64,000 bases of DNA, taken from positions 1,426,001 to 1,490,000 of the forward strand of contig OX597816.1 in assembly GCA_951406725.2 (NCBI GenBank), read 5' to 3'. This DNA is from Octopus vulgaris. Lineage: Eukaryota. The translations under genes and the position numbers were made by a program. The notes beneath the pieces are model-generated. The model saw only the letters and a program-made list of their open reading frames with translations. It was not told the DNA's origin and made no database searches. Position 1 is the stretch's first letter, and every line of letters begins with the position of its first letter. Of this stretch, positions 26,022 through 39,568 are shown piece after piece.

Positions 26022-26999
26022 TATATATATATATACTGAAAGGACACGACTTAAATATGTCTGAGTAGGGAGGTGAATGGCATCCATACATATGTGTGTA
26101 TGGCTTGGTTTGCAAATACTTCTTAGCAGGGATCCCCCCCTTTCACCTTTCCCTTTGACCTCCTCCTCCTGCAACTGCTGTTAACTGAACCATGATGTTA
26201 CTCTTAATTAGTGTTTCTTCTTAATTAGCCGTCATTCATTGATCGTCCTCCTCCATCTCTCTCCTTTCTTCTTCATTCTACATTCCATTCAGCTTATTCT
26301 TTATCTGTTATCTTTTGTTTCTGGCATTTCACTGGGGTCATGCTAGAGCAACTCCTTTCGAAGGCCTTAGTGGAACACATTCGCCCCCTGCTATTATTGT
26401 TTTCAAATCTGGTATTTATTCTATCGGTTTAAATTTCCGAGCGACTCTTACAGGGAGGTAAACAAACCAACACCAGTTATCAAGCGGTGGAGGTCACACA
26501 TACACACATCATAATTATCATTCCACTTCTGTTTTCCGTGCTGGCATGGGTTGGACGGATTGACATAATCTGACCAGCTGCAGGTTTGCATTGTGCTTCA
26601 TGTCAGTTTTGCCATAATCTCTACGGCTCGATGCCTTTCCTAACGCTTGTAGCAAACTCGTTGTGCTTCCACAATTTCTGTCTACCAAATTCACTCAAAC
26701 CGTCGTAGAAGACACCTGCCTTGCACTGGGACTCAGCCCCAAAATTCATTAATTTACAAAGAAAACATTTATAGTTTATGATTTGAATTTTATTTAAAGT
26801 TATGCCCCAGTGGCCTCCTATTGTTTCCCTCTTTCTAAAATATATTTAAATCGTTCCTCAAAATATTACTTTTTCAAATGGCTTCCAAGTGGTTCAGGTT
26901 AAATGGTTAATAATTAACTTCTTGCGTCCTTTGTCTTTCTTTTGTATTTTTTTTTAGTGTTGTAAGAATATTTTGGCACACAGACATGTGTATGTGTAT

Positions 27000-27345
27000 C
27001 ATCATCATCATCATCATCATTTATCATCCATTGTCCATGCTGGCGTGGGTTGGGCAGTTTGACCAGGGCTGGTAAGCTGTGCCAGACTCCAGTCTGATTT
27101 GGCATGGTTTCTACAGCTGGCTGCCCTTCCTGACTCCAACCACTTTGAGAGTGTAATGGGTGCTTTTACGTGCCACTGGCACAGGCGCCATTTGCATGAC
27201 ACCAGTATCTGCCACGACTGCAATTTTACTTGGTTTGATGGGTCTTCTTCTCAAGCCCAACATAATGCCAAAGGTCTTGGTTATTCATCATTGCCTCTCT
27301 GAAGCCCAACACTCAAAAGGTGCTTTTTACATGCCACCTTTATGG
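27000..27345 (-). mobile_element. SINE family C copy
   Basis: (ATC)n tail at left and the reverse complement of the family C body. Confidence 0.8.
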
Positions 27346-27374
27346 GTGTCTGTTACATGACATGTGTATATATA

Positions 27375-27414
<40 letters not shown>

Positions 27415-27904
27415 GATGGATAAAACTTACTTGGAAGAGGATACGTGGCGTTCAATCATATAATAATAATATAAATGATATATAGATATATGCATATATA
27501 CATATGTATATGTACATACTTACATCTATATGTATATATATATAAATATATATAAATATATATGCACATGTGGGCACAGGACATCACGAAATGTGTACAA
27601 CAAAAAAAATGTACATGGAACATGAACTATTCTTTGGAACAACAAAAGACACAAATGGAAAACAAAACAAAGATCGGCCCTTCATCAGTTGTTGGCTGTT
27701 TTTCTAGTCCTGTATTTCGAGCATATATATATGTATATATATATGTATATTCACATACACACATTGTGTCTGATGATGATGATGATCATCATCATTTTAA
27801 CATCCACTTTTCCATGCATGGGTGAGACAGAATTTGTTGAGGCAGATTTTCTATGCCTGGATGCCCTTCCTGTATGCATGTGTGTATGTGTGTATATATA
27901 TTAT

Positions 27905-28625
27905 CTCTTATCTTTTTACTTGTTTCAGTCATCTGATTGCGGCCATGCTAGAGCACAGCCTTGTAGGATTGTTCGTAGAACGAATTAACCACAATACCTA
28001 TTTTTATTCTTCTTCAGGTCTGATATTAATTCTATCAGTCTATTTTGCCGAACCACTAAGTTATGGGGATGTAGATGAACCGATACCAGTTGTCAAATGG
28101 TGGTGGTGGTGGTGGGGGGACAATCACAAAGAAGGACGGACACACACATACACACACATTACATATACATATATGACTGGCTTCTTTCAGTTTCCATCTA
28201 CCAAATCTATTCGCAAGTCTTTGGTAGAATTCAGGCTATTGCTCAAAGTATCATGCAGTGGGACTGAACCCAAAAGTGGAGGCACATGGCCTAGTAGTTA
28301 GAGCAGCAGACTTGCGGTCGAGGGATTGCGGGTTCGAATCTCAGACCAGGCGATGTGTGTGTTTATGAGCGAAACACCTAAGCTCCACGCAGCTCCGGCA
28401 GAAGGTAATGGCGAACTTCTGCTGACTCTTTCGCCACAACTTTCTCTCACTCTTTCCTCCTGCATCTTGCAGCTCACCTGCGATGGACCGGCGTCCCGTC
28501 CAGGTGGGGAACCTATACGCCAAGGAAACCGGGAAACCGGCCCTTATGAGCCAGGCCTGGCTTGAGAAGGAAAACTGAACCCGAAACTATGTGGTTAGAA
28601 AGCAAACTTCTTACCACACAACCAT
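27905..28625 (-). mobile_element. SINE family B copy interrupted by a younger SINE
   Basis: Reverse-complement family B motifs lie on both sides of the 28278-28573 insertion. Confidence 0.75.
28278..28573 (+). mobile_element. tRNA-headed SINE with a V-domain-like segment and a 15-bp TSD
   Basis: A box TGGCCTAGTAGTTAG, B box GGTTCGAATC, and internal CCTGCGATGGACCGGCGTCCCGTCCAGG. TSD ACTGAACCCAAAAGT (28263-28277) / ACTGAACCCGAAACT (28574-28588). Confidence 0.85.
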
Positions 28626-29114
28626 GGCTGCCCCCCCCCCACACACACATGAGCGTTTATTGTATAATGTGTGTGTATATGTTGAATGAATGGTCTCCAA
28701 AGCTCAACTGCTGCAACCGTCGACAGTTGAGATGGAGGTAGGGCTGATGACAGTTTGGTCTCTCCATAAACTGAATCGTGTGAAGAGAGTCTATAAATTT
28801 TTTTGGTCACTTTTAACCCTTTAGCATTTAAAGCAGCCATATCCGGCCAAAATAGTTCAAACTGATCAGATCCAGCCTATCACACCTACCCTAAAATGTC
28901 ATTCTAAGAATAAAACAATCACCACGTAGAAATCTTGAAACTTTTCCACTTATTTAAAGAAAAATACGTAATTAACAACTTAATAAGTGCAGAGTTTACC
29001 TTCTCACCCCCGCTTCGTTTGTTGAATGCCATTGGTAATTAACATAACGAACTTTTATATTAGCCATCATGACTTGTTTGTTGTAAGCAAATGCATGCAC
29101 GCGTGTACATATAC

Positions 29115-29151
<37 letters not shown>

Positions 29152-30654
29152 TTGGCTTGGTGAGTGAAGATTTACTGAGGTGAATGTCTGTTGCAGACTT
29201 GCTGATATCTGACCAGTCTGATTCAGGACAAACCGGCACAACTGCAGAGGCTGACCAGGGCTGGTTGTAGTGTCCTTGTTTTCCTTCCTTTTTTTTTTTT
29301 TCTCTTGAAGACCCCACCCCAGAGGCTGTTGCCCTGAGAATATTGAGATGCTCACACTTAGTGACAAGAACAGATCACTGGTGATCAACATGGCAGGTAC
29401 CGAGACGTTTCTGGAAGGATTCCTTAGATGTCTTTGGTGCTTCTCTGTCACGGTGACCAGAGGAGAGTTTACCATACAAGTGTGGCCAGGTGGGTAAAAA
29501 ATTTGTTTGCCAACCACATGGTTTCAGGTTCAGTTTCACCTTGTGGAACCTTGGGCAAGTGTCTTCTGCTTGCTTTGGTTGATTATTCAATCAAACCATT
29601 ATGATTTTACAGATGGATACCCTTCTAACACCGACCATTTTCCAGAGTGGACTGGGTGCTTTTTACATGGCATCAACACCATACACATTGAAGGGAAACT
29701 AAAAGAAGCCCATCATATATATACATGTATATATGTGTGTGAGCATGTGTATGTCTGTGTGTCCTTGTCTTGACATAGTCACTGTCATACGAGAGGTGTC
29801 ATTCATTTCCAGCATTCTGGAAGAATCATGTTTGCCCTTGGAAACTTATTTGGAAATAGGTGACGGCTGGCAACAGGAAGGGCATCTGCCTCAACAAACT
29901 CCATCTGATCCATGGAAAGGTGTTCCAGTGAGGATGAAGGTGATATAGAGCTCTACTTCTAACACAATTCATCTTCCACGTGTATACATTTATTTATATA
30001 TACATCATCATCTAATGTCCACTTTCCATGCCAACAGGAGTTGTGGGGAGGTTTGACAGGAGCTGGTCAGCCACACAACTGTGCCAAGCTCCCCTCTCCA
30101 CTTTGGCTGGCATGTTTTTTACAGATGGATACCCTTCTAACACCAACCATTTTCCAGAGTGGACTGGGTGCTTTTTACATGGCATCAACACTATACACAT
30201 TGATGGGTACAAACTTAGGCAGCTCTTTGACTGCAGATTTGTTTCAAGGAGAATTTCTTGGACTTTGTTTTGGAGAAACATGAATTATATAGAAGTGCAC
30301 GAACACTAAAAAGCTGGTTTTATCAAAATAAATTGAAAGATGACATTCACAGACAGCAATTCAGTATTATTTTTACAAAAATATAGTTGTGAATCGAAGT
30401 TTGTTGTTATTTTAGTCTAAATATGGTGAAGGATATAAACGTGTTGAGAAATTCGTACCATTCTCTGTGTAAGAACCCACAAATTTGTGTTAGTGATCCT
30501 GTTTGTTGGTTGTTGTGAATTTTTCCTCGGGTTTCTAATAATGTTGTGTGATATCATAAAGGTCAGCTGTTGTTGAATAAAGTAGGAAGATAAATAGAAG
30601 TTTCTAAAAGCTCCACTGTTTGCTTCTCTTTACATGTCTTTCTAGTTCCACTTG

Positions 30655-30707
<53 letters not shown>

Positions 30708-32221
30708 TCGTCTGCTTCACTTAATTAAGGTCACAGTCAAAGTATAATATTAGCTCCATTTAATTATTTTGTATGTGGATATGTGTATGTATATCTGTGT
30801 GTGTGTGATTTCCATTAGCAGATTGTATGTGTGTGTGTGTGCTTGGTCTTATTTTTATTTTGGCATTTCTCGTGTTCTTGTACTAAGTTTAACAATAGCT
30901 GCCATATTTGCTGGTGTTGAAAGATGCACCGTTGCATAAAGTGCACCTATTTTACAAGGTTATCTTGTGGACAAACCAATTGAATATGTTTTATCATAGA
31001 TTTATTGAAAGATATTTTGAAGTGACTTTTTTTTTTTTTTTTTTGTGGAGAAGATAACTGATTCTGTGCATGGAACTACAATGCTGTGGCAATAAACTGG
31101 ATTAAGACATGGAACCCATAAAGTTATCATAAATATAATCTAATGTTATGAGAGAACCATATTCCTGCTTTATTTCCTTTCTCATCCACTGAATGGTTGT
31201 TTATATTTTGGCCAAGACAACCGCCATGCGGCAGGTAGAACTTCTATTTCTGTCTGTTATGTTTCCTATAACTGTAATCAGTCATCAGGGTGGCACACGC
31301 CACTGCTATGTTTTTCTTGTCATCCATTCATTGCAAAGAGTTGACAGGCAGATGGAAATTTAACATTCCTCTCATCTTTCTACAAGAATTTTCATTGAGA
31401 TAATTTTTTTTTTAAATGTTTCTTAAAGGTAATAAAGTCATTAAATGATGAAAGACCAATATTAGGTGCGGGTTATGTATGTTGGGAAAGGAGATGTGAT
31501 GACATAAGGGGACTTCCCCCACTTAACTGCCAATGTACCAAAAGCAACTTTTTCCTAAGTTTATGCTAACAAACTGATGTTCCCAGCAAATATGGTAGTT
31601 AAAATTACTGATATGTTCCTAATATTTTCTTCATCAGTATCATAAAACATTCTTTTGAAGTATTTTCAACCACTCACATAATTGATCTTCATAATTAGTG
31701 TCACTACACTCCATTTATTTCTACATATATAGACTTATTATGGAGTAGATGCTCAGCTGAAGAGGTCCTATAATACCGAAACATGCCTTGCTTTTACAAT
31801 TCGGTTTCAAAGACCAAATCCATTAAATCAATCTCCATTGTCTCTATTGACCCCCCAAAATTCAATCAACTGATCTTATCAGTGGAGTTATCTCACTTGA
31901 TTGTTGCTTTCAGATTTTAGACACTCCTGGAGGAAGGTTTTTTTTTTCTACTAATTGCATGGATAATCTTAGCTACTCAAAGTTTTTCAGTTCCCTAAAA
32001 TATATGAGACCCAACCATATTTATATTTAATATTTAAAACTCCCACCTTGCATATTTCCTTCCAGTTGTATTGTTTTGGTGCACAGCTGCTGCAGTTCAT
32101 CCAAATACGATTAGAGAAACGGTTTCTGCAAGTCTGTGTGTCTTTCTGCTCTCTCCATCTTAGCTTTGTAATGTTGAAAGAACTCCTGCTGATAACATCT
32201 GTCTTTTCTGTTTTGTGTCAA

Positions 32222-32650
32222 AAGCATGAGTGCCAGTGCTGTGTAAAAATGCACCCAGTGGAGCACTCTGTAAAGTGGTTGGTGTTAGGAAGGGCACCCA
32301 GTGCCAAAACAGGCGACTGGGGTTTAGTGAAGTCCTCCAACTTGCCAGCTCCTGTCGAACCATCAAACCCATGCAAACATGGAAAGCGGATGGTAAATGA
32401 TGCTGTGGCCGATTGATGCTCATCGTGATAATAATATTTAAATATTTCATCATCATCATCATCATTATTATCAAATGTCTGTTTTCCATGCTGGCATGGG
32501 TTGATTGGTTAGACAGGATCTTACAGGCTGCAGGACTGTCAAGCTTCAACATCAGCTTCGGCATGGTTTCTATGACTGGATGCCCTTCCTAACACTAACC
32601 ATTTTACAGAGTGGGTCATTTTTTTTATGGCACCAGCACCAGTGAGGTCC
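32222..32650. mobile_element. Two tail-to-tail SINE family C fragments
   Basis: A + copy at ~32222-32405 and a - copy at ~32447-32650. Confidence 0.7.
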
Positions 32651-35186
32651 CCAAGTACCCTGCAAAACATGACTCCTTGAGTGAAGAGTATGTAGGGAGG
32701 TGGTTTTTATGCTTGATATTGAGAGGCTGAGGGACAAGCTCAAGGATTTTGCTGTAGGGGAGATACATGGCCACCCTACAAAATAGGGAATGTGGGAGAG
32801 GAAAGTAACATTGCTAGAGATGGGGGTGGGTAGGGGAAAATGTGGTGAGTGATGAACAAGGGAGACGTGTGGTTGATGGCAAATATTGGTTTAGAACCTA
32901 AAATTAATTCCATCACTTCAATTTTGTTTTGTCAACAATCATATTACACCAATAAATGCCTTAATAACACTCCATGCTCTTTTTTTTTTCTTTATTATTT
33001 CCTCTCCTGTAGAATTTGATGATTGGCAGAATTATTAAAACATTAAACAAAATATTTTGTACTATTTATTCCAACTCTGACATTTTGAATTTGAATCCTT
33101 CTGAGGTCAACTTTGCCTTTCATTCTTTTGGAGTTGATAAAATAAAGTACCTGTTATGTGCTGGGGTCAATGGAACCAGCTGAATCCCTCCCCTCAATAT
33201 TGCTGGCCTTGTGCTCTAAATCATAGACAAATATTTCCTTTATTCTTGTTGTTATTTAAAACTCAAAATTAGCCTTGATCCAGCAGCCCATTAATCAGTG
33301 CTTTCTGACCCTGCCCATCCCTCCATTTTTCACCGGTATTGTGTATCTGGGAATACAGTAATCCAATGTGTCCTCCATTTTCAAGATGGCAGAGAAGTGG
33401 CCTTCAAATGGTCTGCCACAGATTTTTAAAACTATAATCTAAAGCTTTAGAAAACTTAACACAAATGTATGATTGTTAAGACAAAGCATGTTACAAATCA
33501 TTTTGTTCTACCCACAGACTTCCACAGACTTTATTAAGAAAGCAAGATAAGCTATTCTCTGCTCTAGGTTTTTTCTCTTTCTAAATTTCAAACTTTAAAA
33601 TAATTTTTCTTTTATAATTTTCCACATGAAATGTGTCAGTAATTTTTTGTACGATCTACAGAGGTAGAAGCCTGGTTTTGTGCTCGAGTCCCACTATGTG
33701 GCACCTTAGGTTAGTGTTTTCTACTGTAGCCGTAGTTTGAGTGGATTTGATAGATGGAAACTGAAAGAAGCTTATGTGCATACACACATACATGTGTGTA
33801 TATATATATATGTCCTTGCCGTCATATTATGTAATAATTGTAAACAAGTTTTACTGTCACACAAACAGTGTCATTCATTTCAAACATTTTTGTGAAAACC
33901 TCTCTCATCATGAGGAAATATTCCATTGCTTGGAAACAGGTGAGGGTTAGCAACAGGAAGGGCATCCATCCATTGAAAATCTGTTGTGAAGAATTCAATC
34001 TGATCCATGCAGGCATGGAAAAGCAGAAGTTAAAATGATGATGGTGGTGGTCATGGTGGTATATCCTGTCAAACACAGATTTTTAAAAAACAACTTAGAG
34101 GCTCTATGAAAGAGTGATTTATGGGTTATTTGGCTGAATGATAGGGTGTTGGGAAAATGTCTTTGTGGTACTTACTTACAGTCATTCTCTATGTTCTGAG
34201 TTCAAATCCTGCCAAGGTAAAGTTTGCTTTCATCTTTCCAGGGTCAGCCAAGTACTGGAATTGATGTGGATGTCATTTGAGGGAGATTTGGTTGCTAACT
34301 CTAGCTTGTTGAATGACAAGTGTATAAGAACTTGCCGGGTCAAAACTATGCTGAGAAGAACATTGAATCTTGAATTTTGTTTATTTCTAAATATTAATTT
34401 ATTTGGTGTTCAAAGTTAAACATGTGACTGACACCTTGTCTTTGTTTTTCACTACTCTCTCACCCTGCACCTAAAATCCATCCCAGGGGTCACCAATCTT
34501 TCCTTTTATGGAATCATTGCTAACTCATCAACTCCCATCATGTAAATTTCTTAAATGAGATTAAAATCGATAATTTGCTAAAGAAATTTCTTCATTTACA
34601 AACAATAATTCCTTTCATCTATTGTGTCTTTACCACTTTTTAGTAAGAAATACTTTTACAGAAATTTAATGAACATACTTAATGAAATTGATAAAGAACA
34701 ATAAAAATTCAGTGATATTGATTTAGTTGGAATATTTAAAGTGAAATACATGTTTGGTGAATACTAGTTTTTGCATCAAATATTTGGTTGGAAATTAGTG
34801 AGTACCCTTGCTCATCTAGATTTGGTTCGCTAATAATTCCAACACCCTTAATGCTCCAAATTGTTTGTTGATTCCTTAAGATAGCCATACAGACTCCCTG
34901 TGGTTAGTATTGATCACCTTGCCAACCCCTGTTCTAACCTAACACACTAAATATATCTCGAAAACTAATCTTTGCATGCACATCTATAGATTCTAACACC
35001 CTCGCTTGCATGTCACCTATTTATTCTAACTCAAAGCTTTCCTCCAGGGCCAAAGTCTTGCTGGGATTTGGGAGCATTTGTTTTGAGTGTAAAATTTAAA
35101 AAGAAAAAGAAAATAAAATAGTAATAATTAAAAAAGAGGTTCTGCAACACTTGCCCCGGATGCTGGCGACTCATTCCGCCATTGCT

Positions 35187-35355
35187 TGAACCCTTTAGTT
35201 TTTAGACAGGCCAGATCTGGCCTCTCACACTTACCCTACAATGTCATTCTAAATATAGACAGTCACATCACCAAAATCTTGAAACTACACGATAATGCAT
35301 GATTGCTGTGAATTAAAAAGTATTTGACTGAATAATCTGAATGCCAAAAGGTTAA
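35187..35355. mobile_element. piggyBac-type MITE (internally deleted)
   Basis: TGAACCCTTTAG...GCCAAAAGGTTAA ends. The internal CACAC.TACCCTACAATGTCATTCTAA is shared with copies at ~28813 and 53525. Confidence 0.6.
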
Positions 35356-35699
35356 AGAGATCCGCTTCTTCTTTTCCCAATTCCTCCAACCACCAAAACC
35401 TCTTGACTCCCATCAAAAGTCATCATCTTGTACCTCTTGCTTCCCGTACTTTTGCCGAATCTTTTGCAATCCTCAACTCTTTACAACAATTGCTTCCATC
35501 CTTGACACACACAGTTCAAACCCAGCCTCTTTCAACCATCTTCATATGTATCAGTCATCCAATCACTGCCTCAGCTACGTCATGGTCCCTTTCACATCCC
35601 AGAACCAACACAAATAGGGATTCACTCATGACTGCACTACAGCAGCCTTAAGTAAACAGCAATGGTCTGTTTGCAACACTTGGGAAAACTGGACGGCTT

Positions 35700-37700
35700 T
35701 CATCCTCCATTTCCTAAAACTTCTGCAAGATCCTCATCCAAAACATGAAAGATGTCTCTCTGCTGTGGACATCCTGCAAGCTGTCTGCTCTTTCAAAAAC
35801 TGCAGCCAATCCTTGTTACATGTCAAATGGATTTCAGCCAACCTTGTTCTTTCCCCTTCTCAACTCCTCTGCAGAGAAAGCTTCTTCCTCATTTTCTGTC
35901 CTCTCAGCATCCAACTTCACACTGGACACACTAGTTGCATCTCTCCCCACCCCACACCTTCACGCTCAATGAACCAAAACACTAATTGTGAAAGCATTCT
36001 CAGTTCCTTCAGCCAACAAGGCTGCTCCCTATTCATCATAAATTTCTTACCCTTAATCAAATTCTTCAATTATCTACAGCATGGATTTATCCCAAGATTT
36101 GGAAACCAGCTATAACCATGACCCAATCCAAGAAGGGCATTTCTTCTGAACTGTCCAGCTTTCATCTTATTGTTTGTTTATCCAGCATTTCAAAAGTGAT
36201 GGGGTCAGCCATCAACATCTCGAACATCTCGACACCCATCCCTCTCTTGGTTTCGTTGCACTTGATTTACTGGAAACCTACTTTCTCATGTCGTTAGTGG
36301 GCAGGCCTTTGCCATCAAGATATTTGGTGGTGAAGGTGCACTTGATACACCATCATCATTGCCATTTAGCATCTGTCTTCCTGCATCTCATTCAACTGTG
36401 AGTGATAGGAAGTGAACCCCCTGGTAAAGGTTATCCACTTGTTGGCTCCAACTACGTCTTGTCTGTTGATGAATCTCTCTCTTTCTTTCCCCCCTTCTTT
36501 CTCTCTCTCTCTGTCTTACATTCTATCAACATTGGTGTGTTCTAATAAGGTTTGGTTTCGCCCCCTACTTCCTGCCAACCTACTATATTTGATGGCATAA
36601 AAGATGCATCCCCATTTCAGGAAAAAGTTTTGGGCATTAAAGCAGGGACAAAATTTCTTTATGGATGGCCCAACTTTGCATAGAGAACCCTGTGGTGATT
36701 CTCCAAAACCTTACCTTCCACCAAATGTGCACTGACCCTATGAGTGATAATCTCAAAAACACTCTCCAACGAGGAATGGTGGTCATGCCAATGTTGTTTC
36801 CTTCTGTATTACAAAAGACATCACTCAACATCCACAAAATACTATCCTTCCTATTTCCGTTAAATATGAACAACACACGACTTCAAGGTCATTACAAATA
36901 TCAGAGGTCAGCATCTCTGAAGAATACGCTTTGATTGAGCAAAGATTGGCTTTCCTTGACAGGCTCAGGAGGTACTTCAGTCCTAAATTAACTACTGACC
37001 ATTAGCTAATAAGTCTCTGAAATGCTCAAGAGAGACATTCAAGAAAGTATTACTTCTCTCTCTGGGATGGTGTTGCATAAATGTAGAGATGTATGGCGGT
37101 GGTGGTGGTGGTAGGACCCTCTTCTCCATCATTTGGTGATAAGGATTCAATTGTTTGATAACCAGGATTACCTGCTCCTGAATTAATGCGTTAGTATTCC
37201 ACAGACATGCACCTTGAATGTGGTTTCAAGACAGAATCAACCAAACAGTGTGTGGCAAGGCTGTCTTTTGAATTACAGGTATAATTTACCTGACAGGTCT
37301 GTAGTATGCTGTTTCCATCTCCCCAATTTTGCTCACTCTGAAGGTTTTAGTCACCCCTGGGGCTATAGAAAATGATATTTGACGAAGATGTCGTGCAGTG
37401 AGAGTGAACCTGGGCAATGCAAACTTCTTAACCATTCGGCCATACTGTAACTCCATGTAAATGATGTCCTTGACTGTATCCAAAGAAATGTCACCTGACA
37501 GAATGGTCTCAAGTCACAGACATCTCCAGCCTCTTGTCCAGAGCTGCTCTCTGTTCCTCTAAACTGGCGATTCTTGTACCACTCTCACCCAGGCTCTCTC
37601 CTACTCTTCTCACCTTTATTCTGTTCACCACCCAGGACCCACATTAACCAGTTCAACATTGTTCTCTCCCTCTCTTACCTCATCAAACATTTAATCCTTG
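35700..37700 (+). pseudogene. Highly decayed non-LTR retrotransposon (LINE) ORF2/RT
   Basis: Fragmentary translations SSAEKASSSFSVLSASNFTLD, QSKKGISSELSSFHLI, SSISKVMGSAIN, GFVALDL and NKVWFRPLL occur in the order of the LINE RT motifs (KA..F..NSTLD, PKKG..PSNYRPI, SKV.E..IN, ALD.SKAFD.VWH). Confidence 0.65.
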
Positions 37701-39537
37701 GAATTCCCTCCATGTCCATGGTTTACCTGCAATCATCCAGACGAAATATGTTAATCTATGTTAATCTTACTGCTATTGGATAACCTCAACAGATCTTGTG
37801 GGCACAGTTCCTTCTTTCAAATAAAACTAATGATAGAGATGGTTGGTGGGGTGAAGAAGCATTTTTTTCCATATGGGCCTTCACCATTTCTCTCTCTTTT
37901 CAAGCTAGAGAAGCCATGTGTCTCCTCTTCAGCAAAGTACCTATTCCCATCTGTCTACGATAACTTCACCTCCCCCAATATTACACCCAAATAGTGCTGG
38001 CATCACTAAGTTCTCTCTGCGCCATGAGGTACCTAATGTCACAACACAATCTCTCCAACCAGCTCTGTTTCCTGCTAGCGTTCTGGTCCAAGTCCAGCTT
38101 CTCCATTATTTGTCAATTGTCCTCTGCCATTTGGTTTCAAGGTGCCTTGCTGCTCCTCTCCCCACTCTGGCTGTCACTTTAGTGCCACCATGCAATTACT
38201 TTGTTGATCTTATCTGAGGGTGCATATTATACACTTTGTAAATTGGTTGGCGTTAGGAGTAACGTCCAACTGTAGAGACCATGTTGAAGCAGACATTGGA
38301 GCTTGGCACAGAGCACTCTCACTTGTTTCAACCATCCAACCCAAGCCAGCATGCAAAACAGACGTGGTCCCGATGATGATGATGAAGATTGGTCGAAGTG
38401 GATCTCCTTTCCCAGTAAGGGGTTCCCCATTCCTGATGAATTGTTTTAAAATATGAGAGTTGATATTACTGAATTGGAAATGGTATGGATACGAGTTCCT
38501 TCCAATTCTAGATCAAACCTAGCTGTAGTTAAGGTGGAATAAATTCCTAGCTATGGAAATGGGGGGGGAGCCATAATTACCAGCAGACGACATTATTATT
38601 ATTATTATTATTATATGAGGGGTTGGAATTAACGAGCTTAATGTTGGAACTCCCAGATAAAGAACCTTTATTTAGCAGATTGGTATTGTGAGAGATTCTT
38701 AGTGTTGGAGAAAGCGACTCTAATTTTGTGAGAGTTAATAATCGACATGTTAACAGTTGTCGGAATAAAGGTTTCGCGGCATTTCTTCCAAGTGAGGTTA
38801 ACTTTACTTTTCATCCTTTTAGGGATCATAAAATAATAAAGTACTGCCCCTCCCTTCAAATTGCCTTGTTTCTAAATCAGAAACCGTTGAGTGTGTGGTG
38901 GGCCGTTGTTGATGCGAACAAACCTTAACAGGAACAACAAGTCTGCTATCGATTATCTTTGGTACTTGTTTGTTTTGGCTCCAGGTTAGCAGCCTTCGTC
39001 GACCAAGCCAAAAGCGCGCCAACCGTGAACTTCAAATCTCGTTTGTATGTAAATCAGGACTTAATAGATAATAGTTTCAATTTTGGGGGCGAAGTTAAGT
39101 TGGTTACATCAACACCAAAAGGATGAAATGTAAAAAGCAACCTCAGCGGAATTTGAACTCAGAACCTGAAGAAATGCAGGCAAGCATTGTGACCGAAGAG
39201 TTAACGATTCTGCCAGTTAACCACCTTAGGACGACGTATATTAATTGATACCAACACGTTCCCCTTTATATGATTTGGATGTAATTTAATAGAGATTTGT
39301 CTGCTATATCTAGCAGTTGGAGCGACTACCTCGAAGTTTCCTCTTTCACCCTGTAGAAATAGTAGCAGTAGGTGAAAGCTATTAATCCTGTGTGGTGGAG
39401 GTGGAGATGTTTAAATGGTTGTAACATAATTACAAGTGGCGACGGTGGAGCAACGCGAATAATAGCAGCAGCAGCAGCCAAACCACACCATCTGCTTTCA
39501 GAACTTCACATTACGGCTGTTCCCCTCTTTATGCCGA

Positions 39538-39568
<31 letters not shown>

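Noticed and set aside
28278-28350. Second tRNA gene
   Set aside because: Imperfect cloverleaf that continues into a SINE body bounded by TSDs.
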